Source: Lytechinus pictus | Lineage: Eukaryota | Direction: 5' to 3' | DNA: 64,000 nt | Assembly (NCBI RefSeq): GCF_037042905.1 | Contig: NC_087251.1 | Location: 1,116,001-1,180,000 of the forward strand | In this document: positions 1-13,500 of the stretch, piece by piece | How the letters are laid out: every line of letters begins with the position of its first letter | How positions within the stretch are numbered: position 1 is the first letter of the stretch | Made by a program: the position numbers and the translations under genes | Notes under the pieces: model-generated | Databases searched by the model: none | What the model was told of the DNA's origin: nothing | What the model saw: only the letters and a program-made list of their open reading frames with translations

Positions 1-757
1 CAGCTTTTCCACAGGATGAAAAGGTTTGCCCTGTTCACTGCACTGAGCAGTATATAAACGCTACAAAAAATATAAGGAACTCTAAAAGACAACTCTTTAT
101 CTCATATCAGAGACCACACAAGAAGGCAACCTCACAAACGATTTCGAGGTGGATTAAGATGGTAATGACGTCAGCTGGTGTGAATACGGACCAGTACAAA
201 GCCCATTCTACGAGGGCAGCATCCACTTCTCTCGCCAGGAGAATGCATTTTTCCATGGACGACATTCTCAAACATGTAGGTTGGGCAAATGAAAAAACTT
301 TTCAGGCTTTTTATAACAAACCAGTGGAGGATTAAAATGGTTCCTACACGCAAGCAGTGTTACACCAAGGGAAATAAGTTCTGCAATTTGCAGGTTAGTT
401 AATTTCCTGGAAGCATGACGCATGTGACTACTGGGCTTTGAAATCTCGTGTATTCTCGTTCCGAGAATTATGAAATAAAATAGGAGGATTAAACGAGAAC
501 TTACCGTTTGAAGTTTGATCCTTATTTTATGAGTAATTGGAGGTTAGAGAATACGTGCCCTCCTCTCCCTCCCTTACTCAGGATCTTTTAGGTCTGTTCT
601 CGTAAGCCTCATTTTATTTTCGTTCTCACCAGTAGTCACAGTCGCTTTGAAGATTGAACGTAAGGGGCGGGCTATCATGTATTCTCTAACCTCCAATTAC
701 TCATAAAATAAGGATCAAACTTCAACCGGTAAATTCTCGTTTAATCCTCCTATTTTA
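1..757 (+). mobile_element. 3' end of a DIRS1-like retrotransposon (YR ORF end, internal complementary region, right terminal repeat) in NSL1 intron 5
   Basis: The YR ORF is followed by an 82-bp inverted repeat, 476-557 vs 676-757 (3 mismatches), ending in a T-run. This is the ICR/terminal-repeat layout of DIRS elements. Confidence 0.85.
3..335 (+). CDS. C-terminal part of a DIRS-type tyrosine recombinase (5' end outside window)
   Basis: Frame 3 reads AFPQDEKVCPVHCTEQY...LFISYQRPHKKATSQTISRWIK...SAGVNTDQYKAHSTRAASTS...ILKHVGWANEKTFQAFYNKPVED*. The HSTR and GW...TF..FY motifs are typical of DIRS tyrosine recombinases. Missed by the ORF track because there is no start codon in the window. Confidence 0.9.
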   Translation, partial: AFPQDEKVCPVHCTEQYINATKNIRNSKRQLFISYQRPHKKATSQTISRWIKMVMTSAGVNTDQYKAHSTRAASTSLARRMHFSMDDILKHVGWANEKTFQAFYNKPVED

Positions 758-1510
758 TGGTATGAGCCCTATTCCTTGTGATTTCTCAAATTGTTTTTCT
801 ATTAATATCAATCACAAGATAAGTGACGTTCAGGGCCTCATGACAACAAATTAGAGCTCCAACATAAGAATGATTTTTAAGACGAATTACAATGATCATA
901 TGGAATCAAGCATACAAGTCAACAGCATTATCAATAGCTTAAAGTTGCGTTACAAGCCTCTCGTCACCAGATTAATTGAAGTATGGAAGAACCTATTGCA
1001 AAGTGGTTTGGAAGTGTAGATAATAATGGCATTGATTACTGTTCGCTAGAAGATTTAGTCGATCAAAGGGAAAGTTGTTCACATGTGACATCACACATCC
1101 TTGTCGCATTGCCAATGGAGGGTCTCTATAGCATTATTGATTGCAATATTCAAATGCTCATAACTTTCTCATTAATTATTTGTCCGATTTTTCTCAAACT
1201 TTCTTTGTTCTTATTCTTTGATTTTTCTGTTTTGACACAAGCCAACTTGTTCCAAAGGTTTCATTTTCCTTTAAGTCATTAAGGGTATTAAAATGAAATT
1301 TAAAATATTTATTAGAATTGGGGTCTGTTGTTGAGGGAATTTGGTTAATTAAAATCTCTTATGAATGGTTGAAAACCAAGATGTAATTGATTTTAGGAGT
1401 AGTGTTTAATTGCACACATTCTGCTATTTCTGCAATGCCTCCCTGGTTGTACATGAAGTTGAAATGAAACCAAGATAGGATTTAACCCAAGAGGTAATCA
1501 TCTATCTCAC

Positions 1511-4500
1511 CCGTGATATAGCAGATATGTCACATCCTGCTTCCTGAAGTCGCTTGGATTCCTCATCAAGAACTGTGTGAACAAAAAATCAGCACAAATT
1601 AGTTAACATAATCAAATATTGTACGCATATAATTTTTCAAATAATCCATGAGGGAGAAATATCTATATTATATATGGATAACTTATCTACTGAAAAACCT
1701 GAAAACCAATAAACTCTTGAATGACACGCTTGAGATTTCAAGCTTATAATCCCACCAACATATTAAAAAATGCCATAACAAGAAATAATCATTTGATTAA
1801 GATATTGTTTTCAAGCACTGGTTTTCTCTATCTTACAAAATTTTCCCATAGTTATTACAATTTGAGACATTTAGATTTGTTTGTTTATCCTACAATACCA
1901 CTTTGAAATAACAAAATTATATTTCAAATAGAAATCTGAAAAGTATACTGAAATGGCTGTTACTGATCATTAAAAAGAGACTGATAATCATTTACCAATG
2001 AATGCATCTCTCAGAACAATATTCAATCATGAAGTACTTGAACAGAAATTGCTCTATCATGAATCAATATGTGCTTATCAATACTTTATTTTTAATTGAA
2101 TTGAATGAATTTCCAAATCTTACTGCCACATATGAATATTAATCTGTAATAATTGTAACATCATGTTTTTCCTTGTTTTCCTGTCAATTTTCAATACTGC
2201 TTCCTTTTTCCAAGAACTCAAATTATTTTTCTCTCTTCATATTGCAGTGTAACAATGTCGACTTTATAATGTGTTGTATAAAATGTGTTCTTTTGATTGT
2301 TTTTGGATATATGTATTGTGCAGGGCCCTGGTTGACAACAGTGTCTAAACCACTGAACAGGCTACCCTGGGTAAAGAAGACAAATAAAATAAAATAAATC
2401 ATATAATATTGGAGAATTACCTTGCTTAGGCAGCTCTTTATCTTTTATCTGTACTGGCTGTATCACTGGTTTGTATTTTTCCTGGAAAGATAAAGACTGG
2501 TTATTAATTGAATGAGCCAATGGATTCTAAATCATCAAAATCAGCTGTAAAAAAATGATGTGGAATGTTCACATACTGCTCTTTTTGGGACAAGACTTAA
2601 AAGGGGAGTTCACCTTGAAGAAAAGTTCTTTGTAAAAAAATCAGAAAAAATAAAAATATATTGACTGGCCTTGAGGGGAACATCAAATATGTTGCCTGCA
2701 ACAGAATCATATTGGCCCGAGTCTTTAGACGAGGGCAATATGCTTCTTTTAAGGGCAACATATTTTATGTTTCCCGAAAGAAGAGCCAGTCAATATTATA
2801 ATAATAATAGCTGGATTTATAAAGTGCCTTTTGCCTGAGGATACAAAGCGCTGATATTATTACCCCGGCTTTAGCTCGAGCTACCATCACCATATCACCA
2901 TATCATTATTACGAAAGGCTGTACAATGGGTGATTTAAAGTTCAGTGTTGACCTATTGATGTTGGTGTTAGGTCAAGTTTCACATTAGTATAACACCAAA
3001 CATAAAATGAAGATGGTCTCGAAAAGTCACCCACTAGTTTTTGAGATGTCAATAATGTGATCTGGATCAGTTTTACAAACTTAGAATAGATTTTGGAGCT
3101 GGGGGAAGCAATCCAAATTCCAACAGAAACACCAATGCCAACAGCAGACTTGATATTCACCCTATGTGTATTTCAAACTATCATTTGAAACAATTTATAT
3201 GCCTGTTTGCTTATCACTCCTTCTGATTTCAGGTTATTCACAAACTTAGCAAAGTAATCCTTGCTAAGCAATTGTGACGTAAATTGTTACCTTGCAGTCG
3301 CGCATCATGCATGGCGTAAATCTCGGGCCTGGTTTTGTGTATGCACTGGCCGCGCCGTGCATTATCTACAATGCGTTGGTTCATAAACTGGTTCCAGCTA
3401 GATTTCCCAAATACTGAAAGTAGCGATCAAAATCGGCTCCTACACTAGCAGAAATATGGCCAATATTGCCCTTTATTTTTGTACAGGATTCCTATGGGCA
3501 AAGCCCGGCGAGGGCAACATGGCAAATGTTTACCTCGTTGTGGTCTCGGATTGAAAGTAGCGAGTGAAATATATTTATTCATCTGCTAAAATGCCTTGTA
3601 TAGGTAATAATATTGTTGAAGGCTTGAGGAAAATCCATTAAGAATAAGAAAGTCATTAGAATTTAAATTTTGGAATTGTGACATCATTATACAAGAAGCT
3701 GTATCATGTACCCTGTATGCAATATAAAAATGCATATATTTCATTTCTTTATGGTTTGTGATGACTTGTTTTAGTTTTCTTTTTAGGAATGGGTGTAAAA
3801 TGATTTGTCTATTGATATACTTAAAGTACAGTAAAAACCATTTTCAATTTTCTGAGAAAACGACATTTCATTGATTTTTTCCACATGATAAGTAGGAAAG
3901 CTGCTTGCATATGATGTCACAAATCAAATAATTCAAATTCTAATAACTTTTTATTTTTCTCAAAACTTTGGGAATATTTTTTTATTTTTTCTACTATTTT
4001 TACTATAAAGTTTTTGACAGGGTGAACTTGCCCTTTAAATAATAAAAAAAATAAAAAAAATGGAGATGTGGGATAAAACATTAGTTAGGGGTGACATTAT
4101 AATGACTCTTTCCCTTGCACCCTCAGTGAGTTGGATTGGAGGAATAGACCTGTGTTTAACTTTAATAGCAATTCAAGGCAGGCTCCAAGTCTGAGACATA
4201 TACTGTGATATACAATATTTGTAGGTCTACCAATGGTCCAAAATCTGATGTCCAGATTAACAAGACCATGGTATAACTCTGTACTCAAATTATGGAATGC
4301 CAAAAATGTCAACATTTTGTTCACATAAATTTCTTATTTTTTACTGCCTTATATTCTTTCCTCATATTTCAATTGTGATTTGTGAAGATAAGTATTTCAG
4401 TTATGATTCCCAGACAATAATGAATGAAGTAAGTACCAAATGTACTGATGAATTTCACCTAATGTTAATTTCACCACTCCTGTTAGAAATTAGTGCCACA

Positions 4501-7500
4501 ATTTGCTATCCATAGTTAAACCATTATTTTAACAAATAAAACTAAATCAGATTTCAGAATACGGGCCAATGTCACCTTTTACATTTATTACTATTTTATT
4601 TGGCAGATATCCAACCTACAATATAAAACAAATCAACGATATTAAACAATCACTTCAATTACAAGGACAAAAATAACTGATGCAATAACGCAAATTTCTT
4701 TAGACACTGGATGCACCTGGATGAGCTGCCTGGCATTAGGCAATGTTAACCAAATAACAGTAGTCCATAGACTGCCCTAACCCTACACCACCAAGGTGAA
4801 TCCAGTGTCATATCTTTATGTGACATGCATATATCACATGCAACTATCATAGCATAAACTTGCATGTAAAAATACATATATGAACAAAATATATGTTAAA
4901 ACTTGCTCAGAATCTATAAGCATAAAGCCATTTACATTCAATACTGCATCTTAATGTGACATATTCATTGAAGCTTCAATGTCGACATCATTCAGCCCTC
5001 ATAGGGAAATTGTTTATTGGACAATAATTTAATCTTTCCCCATTTTACATCAGAGGGCTTCTACTGTGAAAGGCACACAAGACCACAAGGTTGCGCTTGA
5101 CCATGTATGTGTATGTTACTCTTTAACCCTCTAATCTTGATCAATCTGATATCTGTTTATCATACTTGAGTAAAGAATTCTCACCATTAAATGACCCCAA
5201 AACACCCCTAAAGCTTCTCCTTACCACAGCATATCTTAAATGCTTCATACGCTTAGTGACCTCATGAGAAACCTTGGCAGGGTGTGTCCTTCTCTTAGCT
5301 GTTGTCTTCACCATTAATTCATCTAACTCAAGGGTTCTTGTTGAAACTTCTTTCTTTAGTTCCAAATCTACTGCTTCGTAATCTGCAAGAATGAAGATTT
5401 GGAACATTAGTGCTGCACAGTTTAGATCATTGCCAGCTGTAAAAACCACAAACATTGTCAAGTAATGTTGATACACTACATTTTCAGCTAAGGCTAAAAA
5501 CAGAATGGAGATGGGGGGAAGGTTGTGGATGACATTTTTATGACCCCAGTGAGTTTTTTTGTACCTTTAGCTTAGGCAGATCAATTGTCTGACAGACAGA
5601 AACACATTCAAATGTCTATTGTTCACAATGTGATATATTGGCTGTTCATTGTCATATCGTGCAGCCATACTTACCTGTATCCCAGGGGTGCTCATATAAC
5701 ATTAAAACAATTCCAGTCTTTTGAGAGATGAAGGGAAAATAAAGGCATTTTGGGTAGCAGAAGCAGTATTGTCAACTTAACTGCATTAGACATTGTGTAA
5801 ATGAATTTGGAGAAAATCTTATTTTTATGAAACCTGCAGCATTTTCACAAAAATGTATTATATAAAAGGAACTGTGGGCATCTTTTGTTATCTGATTAAT
5901 ACAGACTTCAGTTTTTTCTCAGGTGAATAGGTAGTTCCACTTTGTCCAACTTTTCTTCTTGTTCTCATCACACATGGTCTAATCCTTGTTTGCCAATAAC
6001 CAGTTTGTCTACTAACCATTTAGTCTAATTGCAATTCAGCCCATTCACCATTTTGCCTAGTTTCTAGTTAGGCTATACCTATTCCAACTACTGTAATATC
6101 CACTTGGTCTAGCATTCAGTCTTTATGATTAAAAATTGTTTTTTTAAACAAATTTTCATTTGTCAAAGTGCAAAATAGTACTTATACATAGTGGAAATTA
6201 GACCATATGGGCATTAGCCATTAGACTGACAGTTAGACCAAATAATAATGGTTGGACCACAAATAATCAGACCAAATTGATAGTAGACCAAATAAGTTTG
6301 GCCTCAAAGAAAGAATTTAATATCAGGATACTGTACACCCCTTTTGAACTGCACTATTTAGTCACAGATCAGGGTTGCCAACTGGCCTTTTTTCCGGCCA
6401 GATTCCCGAAATCTGGCCGTAAAAAAAGTAGCTTGGCCGTGAAAAAAAAAAATTTCACGGCCAAAGAAATTTGGCCGTATTCTGGCCGTAAAACAGAAAT
6501 CTTGGCCGTGAGTTTTCATTTCTGGCCTTTTTCATAATCAGATAGAAAAATTGATCAGAAAATCACTTTAAATAGGTCTATGTCATAGAGATGTAGCGTT
6601 ATTAGTATACATCTCTATGGTCTATATATACAAATGCAGTCAGGTTTACGCACGCATGTGCCACGGCGTGTACTTTGCATGGATTAGCCCTGATCTAGCT
6701 AACGCTACGGTACGGCGCGGCATAGATATACCATGAAGCTATTAATAGCTTCATGGATATACAGCATGCATTCTCAAAACGCGCGATTAGTTGCGTAACG
6801 TGTGGGGGAGGGGATTCTTATATTTATTTGTCAACCAGTCACCATCATCATATTTTCGCCATCATATATATTATATTATTAACGTTTGTTTTCTTTAAAA
6901 AAAAAGTAATTGAATAAAGTAAAATTCAAATATTTAGTTCTTTTTCCTTTCTTTTTTCTTTTTCTTTTCTACGTATTTTTTTCTCTCTTCTTTTTTTTTA
7001 TAGGATATCTACTAGGATTTAAAATCGAGTAGGTGTGTCTCACAATTTAAAATCAGGGCTTTTACTAAAAATATGTGATAAAAATATGCCTACTAGTATG
7101 CAAGTAGGATGGAGATCGATGACAGAGAAAGAAATGAGGAAAATCACAGCTCCAACAGGGGCGGATCCAGCTTATCTGAAGGCTGTACATGTTTGGTTAG
7201 TCATGACCATATAAAGATGTAATTGCAAAATAAACAGTGTTTGGCTATATAATGTGATCAAAAGTAATCAAAAGCAGCCCAACCTTTACATATTACGTTT
7301 TCTATTTTTTTCTGTTTTCTTCTTTCTCAATACTTCCTCAACTATAATTTTCTCTCTCTCTCTCTTTTTGTCGTGAGTTTGAAAATCCCCCATGAAGCTT
7401 GGCATATGATTATTGGCAAAACAAAACAAAACAAAAAAGCTCAATCTTTTAAATGCTCCTCGAATATAGCTGATATGAACTAGATCGAAATGCATGGTGC

Positions 7501-10500
7501 TTTCATCGGCCGTTTTCCTCGAGTCGATAGTCACCAATGTACGGTAGGTAACTTTGCGAACTATTCTCCGCTTCAGCACCCGTTCCGCACGGTTTACATG
7601 AGATCTAACTTTTTTTTAAAGTATGCAGGCTCTATTAGGGAAGCACATAGCATCATTAATTGAGTATAGGGGTATGTCTAATTATTTCCTAATGTAGATA
7701 AAATTTGGCCGTGAAAAAAAATTGTTTAGCCGAATTTGGCCGCAAAATCTGTTGAGTTTGGCCGTAAAGACTAGCGACGATCTGGCAACCCTGTCACAGA
7801 TATCTTGAGAAATGGTTTCAAATTTTCATTGTCAACAAAAGGTTTGTCAGCTGCAGCTCAAGCATGCATTTGGCCAAATTTACAGGGACATAACCAACAG
7901 ACAGTTCTGCCTGACAAACAGTAATGGGAACTGGGATACGTGTACAATCCTTACCCCCTACTACCAGCCAGAATTCCTTACTCTTATTATCTTACCAACT
8001 ATATCCAATCCCAAAACATGATGTATATGGTAGGAATATTTTGCTGCCAAATCATTGGTGCTAATAAAACTGAAAAATCATCTACATGTATAACACAAAT
8101 GTATGAATTAGTAAAGTGCAACAAACATAGAATTTCACAAATATTTCATCTGATTTTGCCTTCTACAAAGTTTACTACTCCCATTCAATATCTTCTACAT
8201 TTACAGAATTTTTTTTTGCATGGAGGAGCCACTTTCATGACTTCTGTTCATTCCTTGATTCCTACTGCCATTGTTTTCCTGTTTGTCAGTTGATTTGCTA
8301 CACATGAAAATCCATCTTAATCCATCTACTAATAAGAAAACTAAGTGAAATGAATTTACCTTTGGTTGTATTCCCATCTTCCAATGACTGACTCCATGTT
8401 TGACCGTCTACAGTAATGTTGTCATGGACTGTGTTTTCATAAATCTGAATAAGAAAAAAAAAAACAAATTAAACAAAAGACTACAACATCCTCAACATAT
8501 AATTAAACTATTCACACAGCCATTTGGTACTGATGATTCATAGTCAGGCACCATATGTCATCTACTTCGACAAACTGGCCAAGTCTGGTTTTTCACTTTT
8601 TATGTGATTGGTGAGATCACAAGGAACAACTTTCAACTTGGTGACAAATTTCTAATGGTCATCTTGACCATGTTAGGGGTCTAAATGGGGTAAAGAAAAC
8701 CCTAACTGTGTCGAGTGATACATCAAAATTATTTGTCTTGTAAATACTGAACAAAAAAGTGTATAGAACTGTATACCTAGGGTTGCAAAGGGCTGGAAAA
8801 TTTCTAGAAATTTGGAAAATTTCCATGGGAAGTTTCAGGATTTTCAGCTGCCGGGAATTTTCAATTTTTTTTTAAATACAAATTTACCATTGATATTGAG
8901 TGAACAGCTATTCTTCATGCTTTATATGCTTACGGTAAATAGCAGAGATGTTTATCAAAGTGTAATGTATACGTTTACGTTATACATACATACGCATGTA
9001 CAATTCAACATGGAAAAGAAAATCATCACACCCATTACCATTTTCTTAGTTTCTGTAATGTCAAGGGGTTTAGAACCTGTCTTCCATTTCTCATTGCCTG
9101 TTAATAGAACAAAAACCCTTGTTGGATCACTCTTTTTTTGGTTCAGTATGGTATATAGGGTCATTGTAGGATGATTTCCATATCCTACATATCATACGGT
9201 CTCCTTGGAATGGTCGTACAATTTTCATACTGATTCACAATTATTGTAGTATTGTAGGGGCTATGCAAATCTTTCCTGGCTTCGTCAAGTAGTTTTCTGG
9301 ACCAGTAATTTCTATGAATTTTTGGATCAAATAAGGATTTAACAAAAGAAAAAAGAGCTTGCATTTTTAGGTTTTGAATAAATCTACATAATTAATGAAG
9401 TTCAATAATAATAATAATAATAACACAAGTCATAATAATATTGGGCATACATTTTATAGCACACATATCCACCTTATTTATAGGTGCTCAAGGCACCCCT
9501 GTATTATCCCAGCTTAGCTTGTCTACCAATTCCAGTGCTTACAGCTTTTTGAGGAATTATTTCCTATTGGTACCAATTAACCTCACCTTGGTTGAGTGCA
9601 CCAGATTATGCATCTATTGAATCACACATGGCTGGGATTCGAACCCACAACCTTCAAATTCTTGAATCTAATCCACTGGGCCACAACGCTCCATAATTCT
9701 AGACACTCCCCCACAGACTTACATGTATACACAAATAAACAACTTAAGTACAGGACTACTAATCACAGCGTTGACTCAAAAACATGGTTCTTAATATGTT
9801 CTGAGGGGGTCAGTTTCAAGCTGTAAGCCCTCAAAGAAACCTCAAATTTAGCCTAAAATTACTCCTTTTTTCAGTTTAATATATCTTAGCTTCGTTCGAA
9901 GCCATCTTGTAGCCTATATCACAATCTACGTCCCTCGCAATGCTTGATTTTTGTTGACCCTGCAAACCTAGAAGTAAAAGCCTTGTTTTAATTTTACCTA
10001 AACACGCTCTGCAGCGTGATGATATGCCCAATGTACGTCGTGGAAAACCTTTTTTTTTTACTGAAAATGACCATGGTTCGACGAATTAGCATTGAAATAA
10101 CGAGAATTGTAAGTTTTCTTCTGTATTATTTCAATTAAATGTATTATATACTGTGTTTTAGTCCTAAAATAAAAGCAAATAGAGAGGCCTCAATTGGGAA
10201 TTCTTGTGTTGTCTGATGCGCAAGCCTAGTGTTCTGCGGCCAGTGTGGCATCGCTACTGATTTTTCTTCTCGTTGACAAAATATAGAGCTTTCTTGCCTT
10301 TTCTGAATTTTTTGTATAAAGAGGGCGAGCAATTTACCTTCATATCTAAGACTCTACAAGTGAAAGACAAGGCACTAAAACTATTTTACACGTAAATCGA
10401 TGCAAAGCGTTACGCGAAGTCGGCAAAGCTAGTGTCCAATCTTTTTATTGTAAAGACTTTGATGGAACGTTTGTTGACAAACGAACATTGGCTCGCACTG

Positions 10501-13500
10501 CTGGCTTTTTTCTATTTTTTGTTCAATTAGTCATCGCTTTGAATGTTTTCCAAAAAGTGTTATCGTCAGCAAAAATGATCTAAAAAGTATGTTTTTTAAT
10601 TTATTGCATACATTTAATCACACAATCATAGGAATTGCACATGAATTTAGAATCTAGTACCCCACACAAATGAATTCACTGCCGAATCCAAAACGCAAAT
10701 GAACTGCACACAGGTCGTGCACAATTCGCTTTTGCATTTTGGATTCGGCAGTGAATTAATATGTGTGGGTACTGCGAACCGGCTTCAAATCACCGATTTT
10801 GAGACGTTTACAAGAAAGGGCAAGGAGTGAGTCTGTGTTCGATAGAAAGTTTAGTCACTGTAGAGTATTAAGCTGAATGTATGTTTTGGTAATATGTTGC
10901 CTTTGTTACCTAAAAGGACAAGTCCACCCCAACAAAAAGTTGATTTGAATAAAAAGAGAAAAATCCAACAAGCAAAACACTGAAAACTTCATCAAAATCG
11001 GATGTAAAATAAGGAAGTTATGACATTTTAAAGTTTTACTTAATTTCACAAAACAGTTCTACACACATCCTGGTCGGTATTCAAATGAGGACTGATCACA
11101 TCATCCACTCACTATATCTTTTGTATTCTATTACCGGTACATGAAATATTCTCATTTTCTCCTCATTGTCAAGTGAAACGATTGATTCCTCCATGAACAT
11201 GTGGAACTACGGTGTAGCATTGCTTAACTATATGATTCAGTCAAGTTGGTCACTATTGTCAAATCAGTAAAAAATGAAATATTGTATAATTCAAACAATA
11301 AAAAGCAAAAGAAATTGTGAGTGACGGACATCATTGGCTGTCTCATTAGCATGTCAATGAGTTGTGCATATCATTGTTTTGTGAAAAATAAGTGAATTTT
11401 TAAACCTTTTTTGTTTTACATCCGATTTTAATGAAATTTTCAGCGTTATGCTAGTTTAATTTTTCTACATTTATTAAAATCAACATTTTTCTGGGGTGTA
11501 CTTGACCTTTAAATATCTGAATATAAAGTGCCACATTTTGTCACTGGTTTTTGAGAGCGAGTATTTGTCCCCCGAGGGTTCGGATAGGATCATAGCCTAG
11601 GTGGAGCGGAGGGTAGCTGTAGTGAAGTGCAGTGGAGCCTATACGAACCATCGCCTGAGGTAAGATAGGCTCTAAGTTGCCTATCTCTTAAGTGTTATGG
11701 CAAGTTCCCCCAAGTCTGCGCACACGCGTATCTGCGCGATTCTAATAAAAGAAGATACACAACGAGCACAAACTTTACACATGCAACACATGGACAGATA
11801 TTCATTAAAAAATCCAACTCAAAATGGTGGGAAAATAATGAATTATGGGCATTTCATGTGACGGCCTCAAAATAACAGAATCGTGTGCAAAGTGAATGGG
11901 TGCGCACTGCGCAGACATGGGGTAGAGATCTACCATTTTTTTTTCTTCTTCTTCCAGTCTGGTATGGTATACAGTCCGCCACTAGCGTATTACTTTATTA
12001 TCGTACCTTTTCAATCTGAAAATGACTGCCCAAGGTTTTTTCCAAGAAAATCATATACCGGTACTTCTTTCAAATTTTTATGAATATGAGATATTTGGCA
12101 CACTAATTAGCTATATTACCCAAAAAATTAAAATAATAATAAATATTGGCGAATGATACATCAAATGAAAGGTCTTTGCATTAGAAATGCGATGAAAAAG
12201 TTTTAAAACGCATTCTGCCGCATACTTGTGATGCCTCAAAATTTTTGCGATAAACATTTCATGTTTGAAAATTGCTCCACGTCATTCCAAGAATATTTTC
12301 CCTCAAGTCTTGCACAACTTTTGAGTCCAAAATTATGGTGCTCGGGTATTTGGTTTTAAAATTACGCAACATTTAGTAGTACATGTCAGCCCCCAAAATG
12401 CTGAAATATGTGATTTAATTTTCAAAAGCGAAAAAATATATAAGAAAACGTCTTTGATATCAGTTGTTTTTAAAAAAAGATTGTTAGAAATGCCATGAAG
12501 AATACGTATGGCAAAAATTAGCATGTAATTATTTCATATAAAATGAAGTATATACATGTAAATATATATATTCAGTGGAGTTTAGCTCTACAATCAAGTA
12601 GTTGAGGTCATTTTTCTACAATCTTTTAAATTTTTGTTGCCATATCATGATCTTTTACAGAGAAATGGGGGAGCATATTCATGCTTATTTATTCATGAGA
12701 TTATGTTTTTGGCTGCCAACACTCATTTGCATGTTGCACTGTACATGTACCTTGATGACTCCAGCAATGCTGAATGTGGATATGCTGTGTGTGCATGTGT
12801 CATATGATCACGTGAGTGGCTGACTGATGCAAGTACAAAGTGGGGAGATTCAGGCTTAATGCGTGAGGAGGGGAGAGAGCCGGGGGGGACCAAAATATGA
12901 AATATGGTTTTGTGTATGTTGTGTGTACCTCGTTGTTACTACAGTGCGTATAAAAAAAACAGGACAGATTTAAAAAGTCTATAAAATTTTAGTTTCAAAT
13001 TATTATGTCTATATTTTGGTGTTAATAGGTGCTCTAAGGTCTTGTCTTTCAAATGCTATTAAAAAAATCTAGTTTTGTTCATGCTTGAGCGAACACGGGA
13101 CGTTTTTGTTGGGGGTTCAAAAAGAGGCTTGCGCCAGAATTGCAGAATATGAGTATCAAATATGATGATCGGACTTTTTGCTAATTAGCAGACTTCCTCT
13201 TAACCTTTTCATTATCTTTGCCATAATTTTCAAATCATGCGGTCAAAATTCATCTGTTATTTCTTTTTAATATGCTCTCTGTTAGCTTTGAATATTCCTT
13301 CTTCAAGCTAAAATTATTTTTTTTCAACCGAATTATGGGAGAGCATGGAGTTTTTATTCAAATCCTTTCATTATGTGCTACAAAGGTTATGGTGCCTTTT
13401 GAACAAAGCCACATAGATGAGCGGGCGCTCGGGTTGCTCCCCCCCCCCCCTCAATTAAAAAAAATCATGACCAAGAAAAAAAGTGGACAGGAAATAAAAG

